NCBI GenBank assembly: GCA_003574845.1
Contig: NDHY01000002.1
Location: 80,317-144,316 of the forward strand
From: a candidate division NPL-UPA2 bacterium Unc8
GTDB taxonomy: Bacteria > NPL-UPA2
DNA length: 64,000 nt
Reading direction: 5' to 3'
The notes below the pieces were generated by a model. That model was not told the origin of the DNA, searched no databases, and was given only the letters and a program-made list of their open reading frames with translations. This document shows, piece by piece, positions 42,313-52,517 of this stretch (position 1 is its first letter; each line of letters begins with the position of its first letter). The translations under genes and the position numbers were made by a program.

Positions 42313-42768
42313 ATGAATCTGTATGATGAACTCTTTTCCATTGTGCGTAAATTCTCAAGGAACGATATCAAATATTCAGTAATCGGTGGTATAGCAATGG
42401 CGTTACATGACGAACCGAGATTTACGAAAGATATAGATTTTTTGATAATGTCAGAGGAAATCAACGATGTTAGAGGATTGCTTGAAAAGCTCGGGTATTT
42501 TGAATCAGCAGAACCATGGAAATTTAAGAATATTGCTCTGACGCTACATAGATTTATGAAAACGGAGGGAGAAGAACATTTGGCTGTGGATATTCTGCTT
42601 GGAAATGAAGAAAAGCACAAGAGGATAATTGCTGACTCAATTGAAGAGGAGTGGGAAGAAGGTAGAATACGGATAATAAATAAGGCTGACCTTATTTGGA
42701 TGAAAGAGCTTAGAAATTCTGACCAGGACAGAGTAGATATAGGGAGATTAAAAAATGACAAAGATTGA
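42313..42768 (+). CDS. Nucleotidyltransferase-fold protein
   Basis: YSVIGGIAM..H..PRFTKDIDF...LIWMK...QDRVD. Confidence 0.8.
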   Translation: MNLYDELFSIVRKFSRNDIKYSVIGGIAMALHDEPRFTKDIDFLIMSEEINDVRGLLEKLGYFESAEPWKFKNIALTLHRFMKTEGEEHLAVDILLGNEEKHKRIIADSIEEEWEEGRIRIINKADLIWMKELRNSDQDRVDIGRLKNDKD

Positions 42769-42876
42769 GAAAATAATTAAAGATGTTAGTGATTTGCACC
42801 AGTTCTATGCAAAGATACAAAAAAGGAAGAAAATTAAGAAAATAACAAAAAATAAGGCAAAGGTTTTAGCAGGAGC

Positions 42877-42943
42877 ACCCAACAAATCACTGCACCCGAC
42901 CAAGAAGCTGGCGCTTTTTGGCAGGTGATTTTCGGCGTTAGAT
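42877..42943 (+). mobile_element. attC-like site 2
   Basis: ACCCAAC-AAATCACTGCACCCGAC...GCAGGTGATTTTCGGC-GTTAGAT. Confidence 0.8.
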
Positions 42944-42984
42944 AAAATAAATAATAAAATGTTTGCAAAAAAAGGAGGGGGCAA

Positions 42985-43227
42985 ATGACGGTTGATATAT
43001 TGCGTGGAGTGCTAGGGTGGTGCGCTGTAATTAATATGGGATTGTTGATATGGTGGTTTTTATTCTTGGCATTTGCTCATGATTGGGTTTACCGTATGCA
43101 TAGTAAGTGGTTCAAGATTTCGGTTGAGCAGTTCAATGCAATTCATTATGCAGGTTTTACTTTTTTTAAAGTAGCTATATTTGTTTTTAATATTATTCCG
43201 TATTTTGCGTTACGAATTGTTGGATGA
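42985..43227 (+). CDS. Small membrane protein (DUF6868-like), cassette gene
   Basis: LGWCAVIN.GLL.WWF...HSKWF.IS.EQF..IHY...FNIIPYFAL; flanked by attC sites. Confidence 0.75.
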   Translation: MTVDILRGVLGWCAVINMGLLIWWFLFLAFAHDWVYRMHSKWFKISVEQFNAIHYAGFTFFKVAIFVFNIIPYFALRIVG

Positions 43228-43229
43228 AG

Positions 43230-43305
43230 TTATAACATCTAAGGCACTGCAGCTGACCGCTATTCCGCTGCGCTTCATAGCCACTGGTGAGCTTGAGCGT
43301 TATAT
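43230..43305 (+). mobile_element. attC-like site 3 (degenerate left arm)
   Basis: TTATAAC..AAGGCACTGCAGCTGAC...GGTGAGCTTGAGC-GTTATAT. Confidence 0.75.
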
Positions 43306-43317
43306 GGAGAAAATATT

Positions 43318-43803
43318 ATGAGAATGATAGTTGTCTTTTATTCTTTCGAAGGTAATACAAAGCTTATTGCAGAGAGTATTGCTGAAGCAATAGATGCAGA
43401 TATTCTGGAATTAAAGCCAAAAAAAGAAATGAAGTCAAAAGGCTTTATGAAATATGTCTGGGGCGGAAAAGCAGCAATGATGAAAACAAAACCCGAATTG
43501 CTTGCTTTTGAGAATAATCCCCAAGACTATGATGTTTTGTTCATTGGGACTCCCGTCTGGGCATGGACTTATACGCCACCTCTCAACACTTTTCTTTCAA
43601 CTTGCTCGCTATCAAATAAAAAAATAGCATTATTCTGTTGCCATGGCGGGGGTAAAGGAAAGATTTTTGAGAAAATGCAGAAGGCTTTAGAAGGAAATCA
43701 AATTTTAGGCGAAATTGATTTTCGTGACCCACTAAAAAAGAATACGGATACAAATATTCAAAGAGCAAAAGAATGGGCGAAAGATATAACAAAGACCATT
43801 TAA
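43318..43803 (+). CDS. Flavodoxin-like protein, cassette gene
   Basis: FYSFEGNTKLIA, IGTPVWA, FCCHGG; stop codon lies inside the attC R'' box. Confidence 0.88.
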   Translation: MRMIVVFYSFEGNTKLIAESIAEAIDADILELKPKKEMKSKGFMKYVWGGKAAMMKTKPELLAFENNPQDYDVLFIGTPVWAWTYTPPLNTFLSTCSLSNKKIALFCCHGGGKGKIFEKMQKALEGNQILGEIDFRDPLKKNTDTNIQRAKEWAKDITKTI

Positions 43804-43873
43804 CAAATCACTGCACCCGACTTTTTCCCGCCGATTTGCTCTGGGAAAAAACAGGTAATTTGCAGCGTTATAA
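43798..43873 (+). mobile_element. attC-like site 4
   Basis: ATTTAAC-AAATCACTGCACCCGAC...CAGGTAATTTGCAGC-GTTATAA; 20 bp identical to site 2. Confidence 0.8.
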
Positions 43874-44067
43874 GCAAAAAATATGACAGGAAATTAAATT
43901 AGAAAAATATTTTTGGAGGCTGTAACAAAAATAGCGAATGCTGATTCAGGTAGAAAGAATTAAGATTATTTTGCAAGAAGGAAAGAGGCAGAAACAAAAA
44001 GCCCTGATTTTTTCGGTGATAATGTTCTTCCTCTTTTAGTATTGATGAATTCTTTCAAAAATTAAAT

Positions 44068-44328
44068 ATGAGAGATGGCTATGCTCAAACCCGTATAAAG
44101 TGGAACAATGAGGGTAAAATAACTGAGCTAAATATTACTGTCTTTGTAAGTAGAGACAGGCCACACATAGGCGTTGTGAGATATTCTATTGTGCCACATT
44201 GGAATGGCACGGCATATTTTAGCTCAACTATAGATGGTAATTTCAGCACTCAGTATGAAGAACAGATTAAGGGCAGAGAGAAAGCGTGGAATGTAAAGAT
44301 TGGAATTTTGTCAAGTATTTTTCCTTAG
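44068..44328 (+). pseudogene. Probable gene fragment (resembles a GH65-family N-terminal domain)
   Basis: MRDG...FVSRDRPHIGVVRYSIVP...SSTIDG; only 86 aa. Confidence 0.4.
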
Positions 44329-46049
44329 AAATTCCTATATTTATTAGTAATCGGCAGTCTTCTGTCCCTGCCAAAAGCGTGGGAAGTAATCTTTATCCCA
44401 GGCGGCCCCTGACGGCGTTTATATTCATTGTTGTCTACCATACGAATAATCTTCTTTATTGTTTTGTCCTCAAAGCCCATGCCTTTAATCTCAGAAAAAT
44501 TTTTGTTTTCCTCAATATAAGCCTTTAATATAGAATCTAAAACTGCGTAGGGAGGCAAGCTGTCTCCGTCCTTCTGATTTGGCCTTAACTCTGCGCTCGG
44601 AGCCTTCTTAAGTACAGAATGGGGAATTAAGGCTCTTTCTGCCTTTCTATTTCCGTAGCGCGCCAGTTTATAGATTAAAGTCTTGGGAACATCTTTCAAT
44701 ACGTCAAACCCTCCTGCCATATCGCCATAAAGAGTGCAATAACCTACACTTACTTCACTTTTGTTTCCCGTTGTCAGCACCAACCAACCAAATTTATTGG
44801 AAAAAGCCATCAATATATTCCCCCTTATCCGCGCCTGAATATTTTCCTCAGTAACATCCTCTTCCCTGCCCTTAAACTCCTGGCGAACGGCTTTCAAATA
44901 AGAAACGAACATCTCATCTATGGGAACAATGATTAGCCTTATTCCTAAATTTCTGGCTGTTGTCCTGGCATCCCTTTGTGTTGCCAATGAAGAATAACAG
45001 GAAGGCATAGAGAGAGCAATAACATTATCTTTACCCAGGGCATCGGTGGCTATTAAGGCGGTTAAAGAAGAGTCTATCCCCCCGCTTAAACCGATAACTA
45101 CCTTATGAAAACCGTTCTTTTTTACATAATCTTTCGTGCCTAAAACCAAAGCCTGATAAATTTCCTCTGTCCTGCCTAATTTTACTATTCTTTTTCGGGG
45201 TAAGGGAAATTTGCTCTTTTTCCCCAGGGAAGATAATTTTATGGGCTTTATCTCATTAGGGAGTTCTCCTCTAATAAGGTTCATTGTCTTTTTTTTCACA
45301 GAAGTAGGGCTTCCTGTCATTTTTAAATCGATCAATACCAAATCCTCTTTAAATTCTTTTGCCCGAGCTATTATTTCCCCTTGCTTATTAAGGACCATCC
45401 CGCCGCCGTCAAAGACTAATTCATCTTGCCCGCCGATGAGATTATTATAGAGGACAAAGGCTTTAAATTCTTTTGCTCGCCTCCGTAGTATTTCCTCCCG
45501 AAGACTCCTCTTTCCCGCATGGTAAGGCGAAGCGGAGATATTGACAATAATGTCCGCGCTGCCTGCTTTAGCCTGTAACTCTGTTGGTTCCTTCTTCCAG
45601 ATATCCTCGCAGATATCAACGCCAAATCTCACTTCCCCCAACTCAAATATCAAAAACCTCTCCCCCGCCTTAAAATATCTCTTTTCGTCAAAGACACCAT
45701 AGTTGGGCAGAACCATCTTATGGTAAACTCCAGCTATTTTTCTATTATTAATAATTGCTGCCGCATTATAAATCTCTTCTTTATCACTATCCACAAAGCC
45801 GATTACTGCGGTGATGTCTCCGCATGAGTTCACTATTTCTTCCAAAGATTTTAAATTATCTTTAATAAAGTGGGGCTTAAATAATAGGCCTTCCGGTGGG
45901 TAACCACAGATGGCAAGCTCAGGAAAAGTGACTAAATCTGCGCCCTGCCTCTCTGCTTTATCAAGACAGGTAATAATCTTTCGGGCATTGCCTGATAGGT
46001 CCCCGACGGTAGAATTAATCTGAGCTAAAGCAACACGCAAACTTCTCAT
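44325..46049 (-). CDS. nadE: Glutamine-dependent NAD+ synthetase
   Basis: Nitrilase domain (FPEL, LPNYGVFDEKRYF, ICEDIW) plus SGGIDS, ENIQAR, TGNKSE and PSAEL. Confidence 0.97.
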   Translation of the reverse strand: MRSLRVALAQINSTVGDLSGNARKIITCLDKAERQGADLVTFPELAICGYPPEGLLFKPHFIKDNLKSLEEIVNSCGDITAVIGFVDSDKEEIYNAAAIINNRKIAGVYHKMVLPNYGVFDEKRYFKAGERFLIFELGEVRFGVDICEDIWKKEPTELQAKAGSADIIVNISASPYHAGKRSLREEILRRRAKEFKAFVLYNNLIGGQDELVFDGGGMVLNKQGEIIARAKEFKEDLVLIDLKMTGSPTSVKKKTMNLIRGELPNEIKPIKLSSLGKKSKFPLPRKRIVKLGRTEEIYQALVLGTKDYVKKNGFHKVVIGLSGGIDSSLTALIATDALGKDNVIALSMPSCYSSLATQRDARTTARNLGIRLIIVPIDEMFVSYLKAVRQEFKGREEDVTEENIQARIRGNILMAFSNKFGWLVLTTGNKSEVSVGYCTLYGDMAGGFDVLKDVPKTLIYKLARYGNRKAERALIPHSVLKKAPSAELRPNQKDGDSLPPYAVLDSILKAYIEENKNFSEIKGMGFEDKTIKKIIRMVDNNEYKRRQGPPGIKITSHAFGRDRRLPITNKYRNF

Positions 46050-46149
46050 ATCAATAGCCTATTCAGGTTGTCCATTTCTTTGTGCCTCTGTGCCTCTCCA
46101 ATAGTCTACAGCCTACAGTTGGCAGTTGGCAGTCACAATTTACCAATCA

Positions 46150-46233
46150 CCAATCACTAATCACCAATTTAAGAACTAATTCAAAAGTTAAAAGGCAAAA
46201 GTGCAAGTTAAAAGTTAAGACTTGACCCCTTTC
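46150..46233. repeat. 84-bp heptamer-mosaic repeat, copy 1
   Basis: Identical to 58963-59053 except for one TTAAAAG unit. Confidence 0.92.
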
Positions 46234-46338
46234 TTTTTTTCTTTTTTCTTTTTTAATAATTTTATACCAACTCCGCACATATTGCAAGAAAATAGCTTTT
46301 ATTTGACACGAGAGAGATAATATAATACTGTATAATGT

Positions 46339-47382
46339 ATGTTTAAGCCTTATTGTGCCTGCACAGGTGTTGGCAGTTTCCCCCATCTTGACGCGCACTC
46401 CCCTACCCGACTCATTTTAAATAATTGTCCGGAAATACCATTTTGGCCACAGCTTCCGCAAGTTTCATATCTGGAAGATATGCTCATGCAATATACTGAA
46501 AAGATGCCCGGGATAAGAGTAAATGAAGAAAAAAAGGAAGCCTATTTTTTACGACCTGAAAAGGCAGTGGAGGAGATAGAAAGCTTTTATTTGAATTTTT
46601 CAGATGGCAATCTTGACTGGTTTGAATTGAGCGAAAACAGGGCATCTGCTTTTAATGTTTTTCTGCAAGAGGTAAAGAAAAAAAACCCAATCTTGCTAAA
46701 GGGGCAGGTATGCGGCCCTATCACTCTTGGTGGAAGTCTAAAAACAGAGGACAACATACCTGCGATTTATGATGAGAATTACAGGGATATAATAACAAAG
46801 TATCTGGGGATGAATGCAAAATGGCAGGAAGAAAAATTTAAGGAAATTTTTCCCGATGTCCCGACTTTGATTTTTTTTGATGAACCGCTTCTTTCAACTT
46901 ATGGCTCGGTATGCATGAATTTAGGAAAGGATGAAATAGTTGAGATATTAAATGACTGCATGTCCCATATTTCTGGGCTCAAGGGAATACATATCTGCGG
47001 AGGATGCGATTGGTCAATGATAATGGATACTGTTGTAAATGTTATCCACTTTGATGCTTACTCTCATCTGCAGAACTTCCTTAACTACAGCAGAGAAACA
47101 CAGCGCTTTTTAGATAAAGGCGGCATAATCAGCTGGGGAATTGTACCATCGGGTGCACAAACGGATAGAATAGAAAAGGAGAATACACAAAGCATTATAA
47201 GTAAATTTGAAGAATGCGTAGATGCCTTATCCAGGTCGGGTAGTAACAGAGATTTAATCCTGCAAAATTCTATTATCGCACCGTCTTGTGGGTTAAAAAC
47301 ATTAACAATAGATTTAACGGAAAAAGTTATGCACTTAACCAAAAATGTAAGCAATAATCTGAAGGAAAGGTATAATTTTTAA
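46339..47382 (+). CDS. Core (single-barrel) cobalamin-independent methionine synthase-like protein
   Basis: TGVGSFPH, FWPQLP, KGQVCGPIT, FDEP; Zn ligands GIHICG...PSCGL. Confidence 0.8.
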   Translation: MFKPYCACTGVGSFPHLDAHSPTRLILNNCPEIPFWPQLPQVSYLEDMLMQYTEKMPGIRVNEEKKEAYFLRPEKAVEEIESFYLNFSDGNLDWFELSENRASAFNVFLQEVKKKNPILLKGQVCGPITLGGSLKTEDNIPAIYDENYRDIITKYLGMNAKWQEEKFKEIFPDVPTLIFFDEPLLSTYGSVCMNLGKDEIVEILNDCMSHISGLKGIHICGGCDWSMIMDTVVNVIHFDAYSHLQNFLNYSRETQRFLDKGGIISWGIVPSGAQTDRIEKENTQSIISKFEECVDALSRSGSNRDLILQNSIIAPSCGLKTLTIDLTEKVMHLTKNVSNNLKERYNF

Positions 47383-47393
47383 GGGAAAACAGA

Positions 47394-48455
47394 TTGAAAA
47401 CTTTATTTTGGCGGCAGGGGAAGCTCCATCTTCTTGACCAGCGCAAACTTCCGCATGAGACTGTTTATGTCATATGCGCTGACCATCACGCTGTTACTGG
47501 TGCTATCAAAGATATGATTGTGCGTGGTGCGCCGGCAATTGGCGTTACGGCAGCCTATGGAATGGCATTAGCAGCACAGCAAAACCAGTCCTCCTCTACC
47601 ACTGATTTTTTAATTGCCTTGCAAGAGGCAGGAGATGAACTGATATGTGCGCGTCCTACTGCGGTTAATTTGCAATGGGCAGTTGCGCGGATGCTTGCGG
47701 TGGGACAGGCTCATTCTGCTAAATCAACGTCAGAAATAACTATACAATTAATCAATGAGGCAGAGACAATTGCCAGTGAAGATGTCAGAGTCAACTGCGC
47801 TATTGGTGAACATGGCGCTAAACTAATTAGCGATGGCGACTGCATTCTCACGCTATGCAATGCCGGGGCTTTAGCTACAGCAGGGCATGGCACTGCATTG
47901 GGGATAATATACACAGCTCATGCCGAAGGACGTAAGATAAGCGTATTTGCGTGCGAGACGCGGCCATACCTGCAGGGAGCACGCCTTACGACATGGGAGC
48001 TTTCGCAAGCCAATATTCCAGTGACATTGATTGTTGACAACGCCGCTGGACTTCTCTTTCAACGGAAGATGATTGATATGATAATTGTTGGCGCTGACCG
48101 CATCGCCGCCAATGGCGATGTTGCTAATAAAATTGGCACTTATCCACTATCCGTCCTGTCAAAAGAACATGGCATTCCGTTCTACATTGCCGCGCCTCTT
48201 TCTACTTTTGACCTGAGGCTCGCAAGCGGCAATGAGATACCGATTGAAGAACGCAGCAGTCGCGAAATCACCCATATTGCCGAAATGCAAATCACTGGCA
48301 ATGATACCTCTGTTTATAATCCGTCATTTGACATAACGCCGGCAGAAAAAATTAGTGCCATAATTACTGAGCAGGGCATCGTTTATCAACCCGATAACAA
48401 AAAGATAGCTGAATTATTTTCAAAACAAGTGCAATGGACAACAAACCATAAATAG
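47394..48455 (+). CDS. mtnA: Methylthioribose-1-phosphate isomerase
   Basis: LDQRKLP, VRGAPAIG, RPTAVNL, CNAGALAT, ETRPYLQGARLT, NKIGTY. Confidence 0.95.
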   Translation: MKTLFWRQGKLHLLDQRKLPHETVYVICADHHAVTGAIKDMIVRGAPAIGVTAAYGMALAAQQNQSSSTTDFLIALQEAGDELICARPTAVNLQWAVARMLAVGQAHSAKSTSEITIQLINEAETIASEDVRVNCAIGEHGAKLISDGDCILTLCNAGALATAGHGTALGIIYTAHAEGRKISVFACETRPYLQGARLTTWELSQANIPVTLIVDNAAGLLFQRKMIDMIIVGADRIAANGDVANKIGTYPLSVLSKEHGIPFYIAAPLSTFDLRLASGNEIPIEERSSREITHIAEMQITGNDTSVYNPSFDITPAEKISAIITEQGIVYQPDNKKIAELFSKQVQWTTNHK

Positions 48456-48469
48456 AGGGGGGAATTAAT

Positions 48470-49267
48470 ATGGAATGGGGAATGGCAAACCGTATGGCGC
48501 AGTTAATCCAGGCTGATGGTCACTGTCTCTTTCTGCCGGTAGACCATGGATATTTTCAAGGACCGACTAAAAAATTAGAAGAGCCACGTAAAACTATTGA
48601 ACCACTACTCCCTTATGCCGATGCCCTCTTCATTACCAGGGGAGTGTTACGCTCATCGGTAGACCCTGACAATGCAAAGCCAATTATTCTTAGAGTATCC
48701 GGCGGCGCCAGCATGGTTGGCAAAGACCTGGCCAATGAAGGAATCACCACCTCTATAGAAGAGGCTATCCGTCTTAATGTGGCGGCAATAGGTCTTTCTG
48801 TCTTTGTCGGCAGTGACTATGAGCGTGAGTCGCTATTGAATCTATCAAAGCTTGTTGATGAAGGAGAAAAGTATGGCATTCCAGTAATGGCAGTTACCGC
48901 AGTGGGTAAGGAGTTAGAAAAACGAGATGCCCGCTACCTTGCCTTAGCCTCTCGTATTGCTGCCGAATTGGGGGCGCGGGTGGTGAAAACTTACTGGTGT
49001 GAAGATTTTGAAAAGGTGGCAACGGGCTGCCCGGTTCCGGTGGTTATGGCAGGGGGACCTCAAGTAGACACAGAGCTTGAGGTGTTTGAGTTCGTTTATG
49101 ATGGTATGCAAAAAGGCGCTATAGGTGTGAATCTGGGAAGGAACATCTGGCAAAACGATTTTCCAGTGGCAATGATTAAGGCGATACGTGCCATTATTCA
49201 TGAGAAGGCTTCGCCAAAAGAGGCTCAAGAGTTATACGATAGTATAAAGAGCAAGGAGACGAGGTAA
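48470..49267 (+). CDS. lsrF: LsrF/DhnA-family class I aldolase/thiolase
   Basis: WGM.NR, DHGYFQGPT, RIAAELGA.VVKTY, AGGP, GRNIWQ. Confidence 0.85.
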   Translation: MEWGMANRMAQLIQADGHCLFLPVDHGYFQGPTKKLEEPRKTIEPLLPYADALFITRGVLRSSVDPDNAKPIILRVSGGASMVGKDLANEGITTSIEEAIRLNVAAIGLSVFVGSDYERESLLNLSKLVDEGEKYGIPVMAVTAVGKELEKRDARYLALASRIAAELGARVVKTYWCEDFEKVATGCPVPVVMAGGPQVDTELEVFEFVYDGMQKGAIGVNLGRNIWQNDFPVAMIKAIRAIIHEKASPKEAQELYDSIKSKETR

Positions 49268-49273
49268 ATCATT

Positions 49274-50302
49274 GTGCGTGTTGCCATGTGGTATAACAAC
49301 CGAGATGTGCGGCTGGAAGAGATGCCGACGCCACAAATTGGTCCTGGTGAGCTACTGGTACGCGTAGTCGCCAGTGGTATCTGCGGCAGTGATGTGATGG
49401 AATGGTATCGCCTTGACAAGGCGCCACTGGTGCTGGGTCATGAGATTGGTGGTCAGATTGTGGCTGTAGGCGACGGGGTGGAGGGCTACAAGGAGGGTGA
49501 GCGGGTCTCAGCCGCCCATCATGTCCCGTGCAACAAATGCCATTACTGCCTGAGCGGGCATCACACCGTCTGCGATACCCTTCGCCGAACGAATTTTGAA
49601 CCCGGTGGCTTTGCCGAATACATTCGACTGCCAGCCATCAACGTGGAACGCGGGGTGTTTCTGCTGCCTGACGAAGTATCCTATGAAGAGGCGACATTTA
49701 TTGAACCGATAGCTTGTGTCGTGCGGGGGCAAAGGCTGGCGCACATGCAACCGGGTCATAGCGTGCTCATTATCGGTAGCGGTATTGCCGGGCTGCTCCA
49801 TTTGCAATTAGCCCGCATGCTGGGGGCAAGCCGAGTGGTGGCTACAGACATCGTTGACTACCGGCTAGAGACAGCACGACAGTTTGGGGCAGATGCTGTG
49901 TTCCACGCCGAAGAGGACTTGCCTGCTCGCCTGCGCCATGTCAATGATGGTCGACTCGCTGACCTGGTGATAGTATGCACTGGCGCAACATCAGCCATTG
50001 TTCAGGCGTTGCAATTGGTGGAGCGCGGAGGCACTGTTCTCTTCTTCGCACCAACAGGCCCAGGCATCACCATTCCAATCTCAGTGAATGAGCTTTTTTG
50101 GCGCAATGAGATAACCCTCACTACCTCCTACGCTGGCAGCCCTGCAGATTACGCAGCGGCGCTGGAACTGATTCAGGCTCGCCATATCCACGTGGGCGAG
50201 ATGATTACCCATCGGCTAGGTCTGGCGGAGACAGAGTTAGGTTTCCAGCTCGTCGCCGACGCCCAGAATTCCATCAAGGTGATTATTGAGCCCCAGAGAT
50301 AG
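49274..50302 (+). CDS. Zn-dependent medium-chain dehydrogenase (sorbitol/threonine dehydrogenase-like)
   Basis: GICGSD, GHE, CNKCHYC...C, GSGIAG. Confidence 0.92.
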   Translation: MRVAMWYNNRDVRLEEMPTPQIGPGELLVRVVASGICGSDVMEWYRLDKAPLVLGHEIGGQIVAVGDGVEGYKEGERVSAAHHVPCNKCHYCLSGHHTVCDTLRRTNFEPGGFAEYIRLPAINVERGVFLLPDEVSYEEATFIEPIACVVRGQRLAHMQPGHSVLIIGSGIAGLLHLQLARMLGASRVVATDIVDYRLETARQFGADAVFHAEEDLPARLRHVNDGRLADLVIVCTGATSAIVQALQLVERGGTVLFFAPTGPGITIPISVNELFWRNEITLTTSYAGSPADYAAALELIQARHIHVGEMITHRLGLAETELGFQLVADAQNSIKVIIEPQR

Positions 50303-50347
50303 AAAGAAGCAACCTTCAGGATTGATTTCTGATAATAGAGAAGCAGC

Positions 50348-51277
50348 CTATAGTGTCTGCCACAGACTGATTGGGCGCAGGAAGTCTTCTATTTTTGCGG
50401 TTGCCACGCAGATTACCGTATCGGCGCCTCCATAGTAGACAAAGACCGTATCCCCGATGAGGACTGCGCCGCAGGTAAATACTACATTTGGCACACTTCC
50501 GCAAAGCTCAAAGTCTTCTTCAGGCTCAAGTATCGGCTCGGGATGCCTGTAGATAATTCTGGTGGGGTCGTCAAGCGCAGTTATGAGATAACCAAGCCGA
50601 TAGAATTTTTTCTTATCTACTCCATAATGAATTAAAAGCCAGCCATAATCTGTTTTTATGGAAGGAGCACCGGTTCCTATTTTGAAATATTCCCATTTAT
50701 ATTGAGGAGAAAAAAGAATATTGGAATCATACCAATGACGCAAGTCCTCAGAATACGCTACCCACACATGCGGAGGTATGCGGTGATACATTACATACTG
50801 ACCATTAAACCTGCCCGGGTAGATAACCGAACCTTTATTGTCCACACCCGGGAATGGAAAATACGGCTTGTTCCAGTTCCACTTGCACAATAAAAAGTCA
50901 TCAATTTCTATACTGGTTATGGCAATCTGGATGCTTTTGTGAACTCTTACTCCCATCCCCGGAACTTCCCCAAAAGCCGTATAAGACATGTATATTCTAT
51001 CTTCTACCACTGAAATTCTTGGGTCTTCGCAGCCAAGCTTGTCTATCTCGCCTTGAGGTGAATATATGGGGTCTTTAAGCCTTTCCTTGATGGAAAATCC
51101 ATCTTCGCTCATAGCATATCCACATCGCGACACACCTTCTTTGCCTGAGCCCCTGTAAATTATGTGCACTTTATTGTCAAGTGAAACCGCCGCACAGTTA
51201 AAGACACATTCTGATTCCCAGTCATTTTCCTTTATCGGACTGAGTATTGGATTTCCCTCATATCTTTTAAGTTTCAT
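50348..51277 (-). CDS. GH130-family glycosidase/phosphorylase
   Basis: NPILSP...WE...VFN, GCEDPRI, YTAF, YHRI, VPNVVF.CG, YYGGAD. Confidence 0.88.
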   Translation of the reverse strand: MKLKRYEGNPILSPIKENDWESECVFNCAAVSLDNKVHIIYRGSGKEGVSRCGYAMSEDGFSIKERLKDPIYSPQGEIDKLGCEDPRISVVEDRIYMSYTAFGEVPGMGVRVHKSIQIAITSIEIDDFLLCKWNWNKPYFPFPGVDNKGSVIYPGRFNGQYVMYHRIPPHVWVAYSEDLRHWYDSNILFSPQYKWEYFKIGTGAPSIKTDYGWLLIHYGVDKKKFYRLGYLITALDDPTRIIYRHPEPILEPEEDFELCGSVPNVVFTCGAVLIGDTVFVYYGGADTVICVATAKIEDFLRPISLWQTL

Positions 51278-52357
51278 TTATCCTCCTTCTTCTAAAGATT
51301 CAAACAACCCCACAAACTTTTTAGCTACATTCATTGCTGAATTTTCTTCAACATATTCTTTCGCATCCCTGATTACTTTCTTGCATCTTTCATCTTTTTC
51401 AAATGCACTTACGATAGATATCTTAAGCTCCCGGTCGTTTTCATATCGATAAACACTATTGCCAAACATTTCAACGAAGGAAGACTCGAGCGCAACTATT
51501 GGACATCCCGAGCCAAGGCACTGAAAAGCGGTACTTGCTACCACTACTGTATCCGGTTTAGTTGGCTTATTGTAGAGGAGAAGGTCGGAGGCATACAAAT
51601 ATTGATAAAGCTTCTCAATGGATAGTTCTCCTTCGCGTATCTCTATTATTCCTCCTCCATTTTTACTCTTAAGCGCCTGCCATTTTTTCAGAGACCCTTT
51701 ATGTTTTGTAGCTATAACTACAAGCATTGGATGCTCTTTATTTATTTCCGTTAGAATGTCAAATTTATCTGCTCCGAACTCAGAGGCCGGTCCAAACAAA
51801 AATACAATTTTCTTATCAAGTGGCAGGTTTAGAACTTTACGGCTTTCCTTCGCATTATTATTCCCGGGATTCCATGGAAAGCAAGGATATGGGATTATAT
51901 GGATTATCCTTTCAGGATAGACGACTTTGAGAAAATCGCGGTATCTTTCGTCAAAACAAACTATTGCGTCCCAGTCAAATTGATAAAAATCAGGGTCTTC
52001 TTTTAGATTTCCATCATGAATTACAGCTATAGTTTTTGCTTTTTTCTTAATCTAATGAAAAATTCTGCCAAGATGGTCCAGCGGGAGCATGCCATGGTCT
52101 TCAGCTACAAAGAATTCATAGTCACTGGCAAGGAAAGGTGTAGTAAGAAGTTGAATATTTTCGTCGGATGAAACAGTAAAACATCTTTTTACATAATCCT
52201 CATCTTCTCCTACTATTGCTGTCCCATGAAAGCTATCCTTAAAGAATGTTAAGACATTGATTTTATGACCAAGTTTCGCAAAACTTCTCCCAATTGACTC
52301 AGCATGTATTGAAGCACCGGAATCAGTATTCCACGCACCCATGATCGCTACCTTCAT
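51278..52357 (-). pseudogene. GT-B glycosyltransferase-like gene interrupted by one in-frame TAG
   Basis: ORFs 52052-52357 and 51278-51799 share a frame; the intervening 84 codons are open (IKKKAKTIAVIHDGN...IPYPCFP); YLYASDLLL...GSGCPIVA C-terminus. Confidence 0.75.
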
Positions 52358-52517
52358 ACTTTACTCTCCTAATATTTATCGCTACTGTGAAGCCAAAAAT
52401 CCTCCGATAACTATCAAAAAGGAGTAAATGGCTCCCGCATCTACCCAAAACTCTTCTTCAAAAAATTGAGCAGGGTCTTTCATAAGCAATTATTCTATGT
52501 AGTATACCTGCTTTAAG

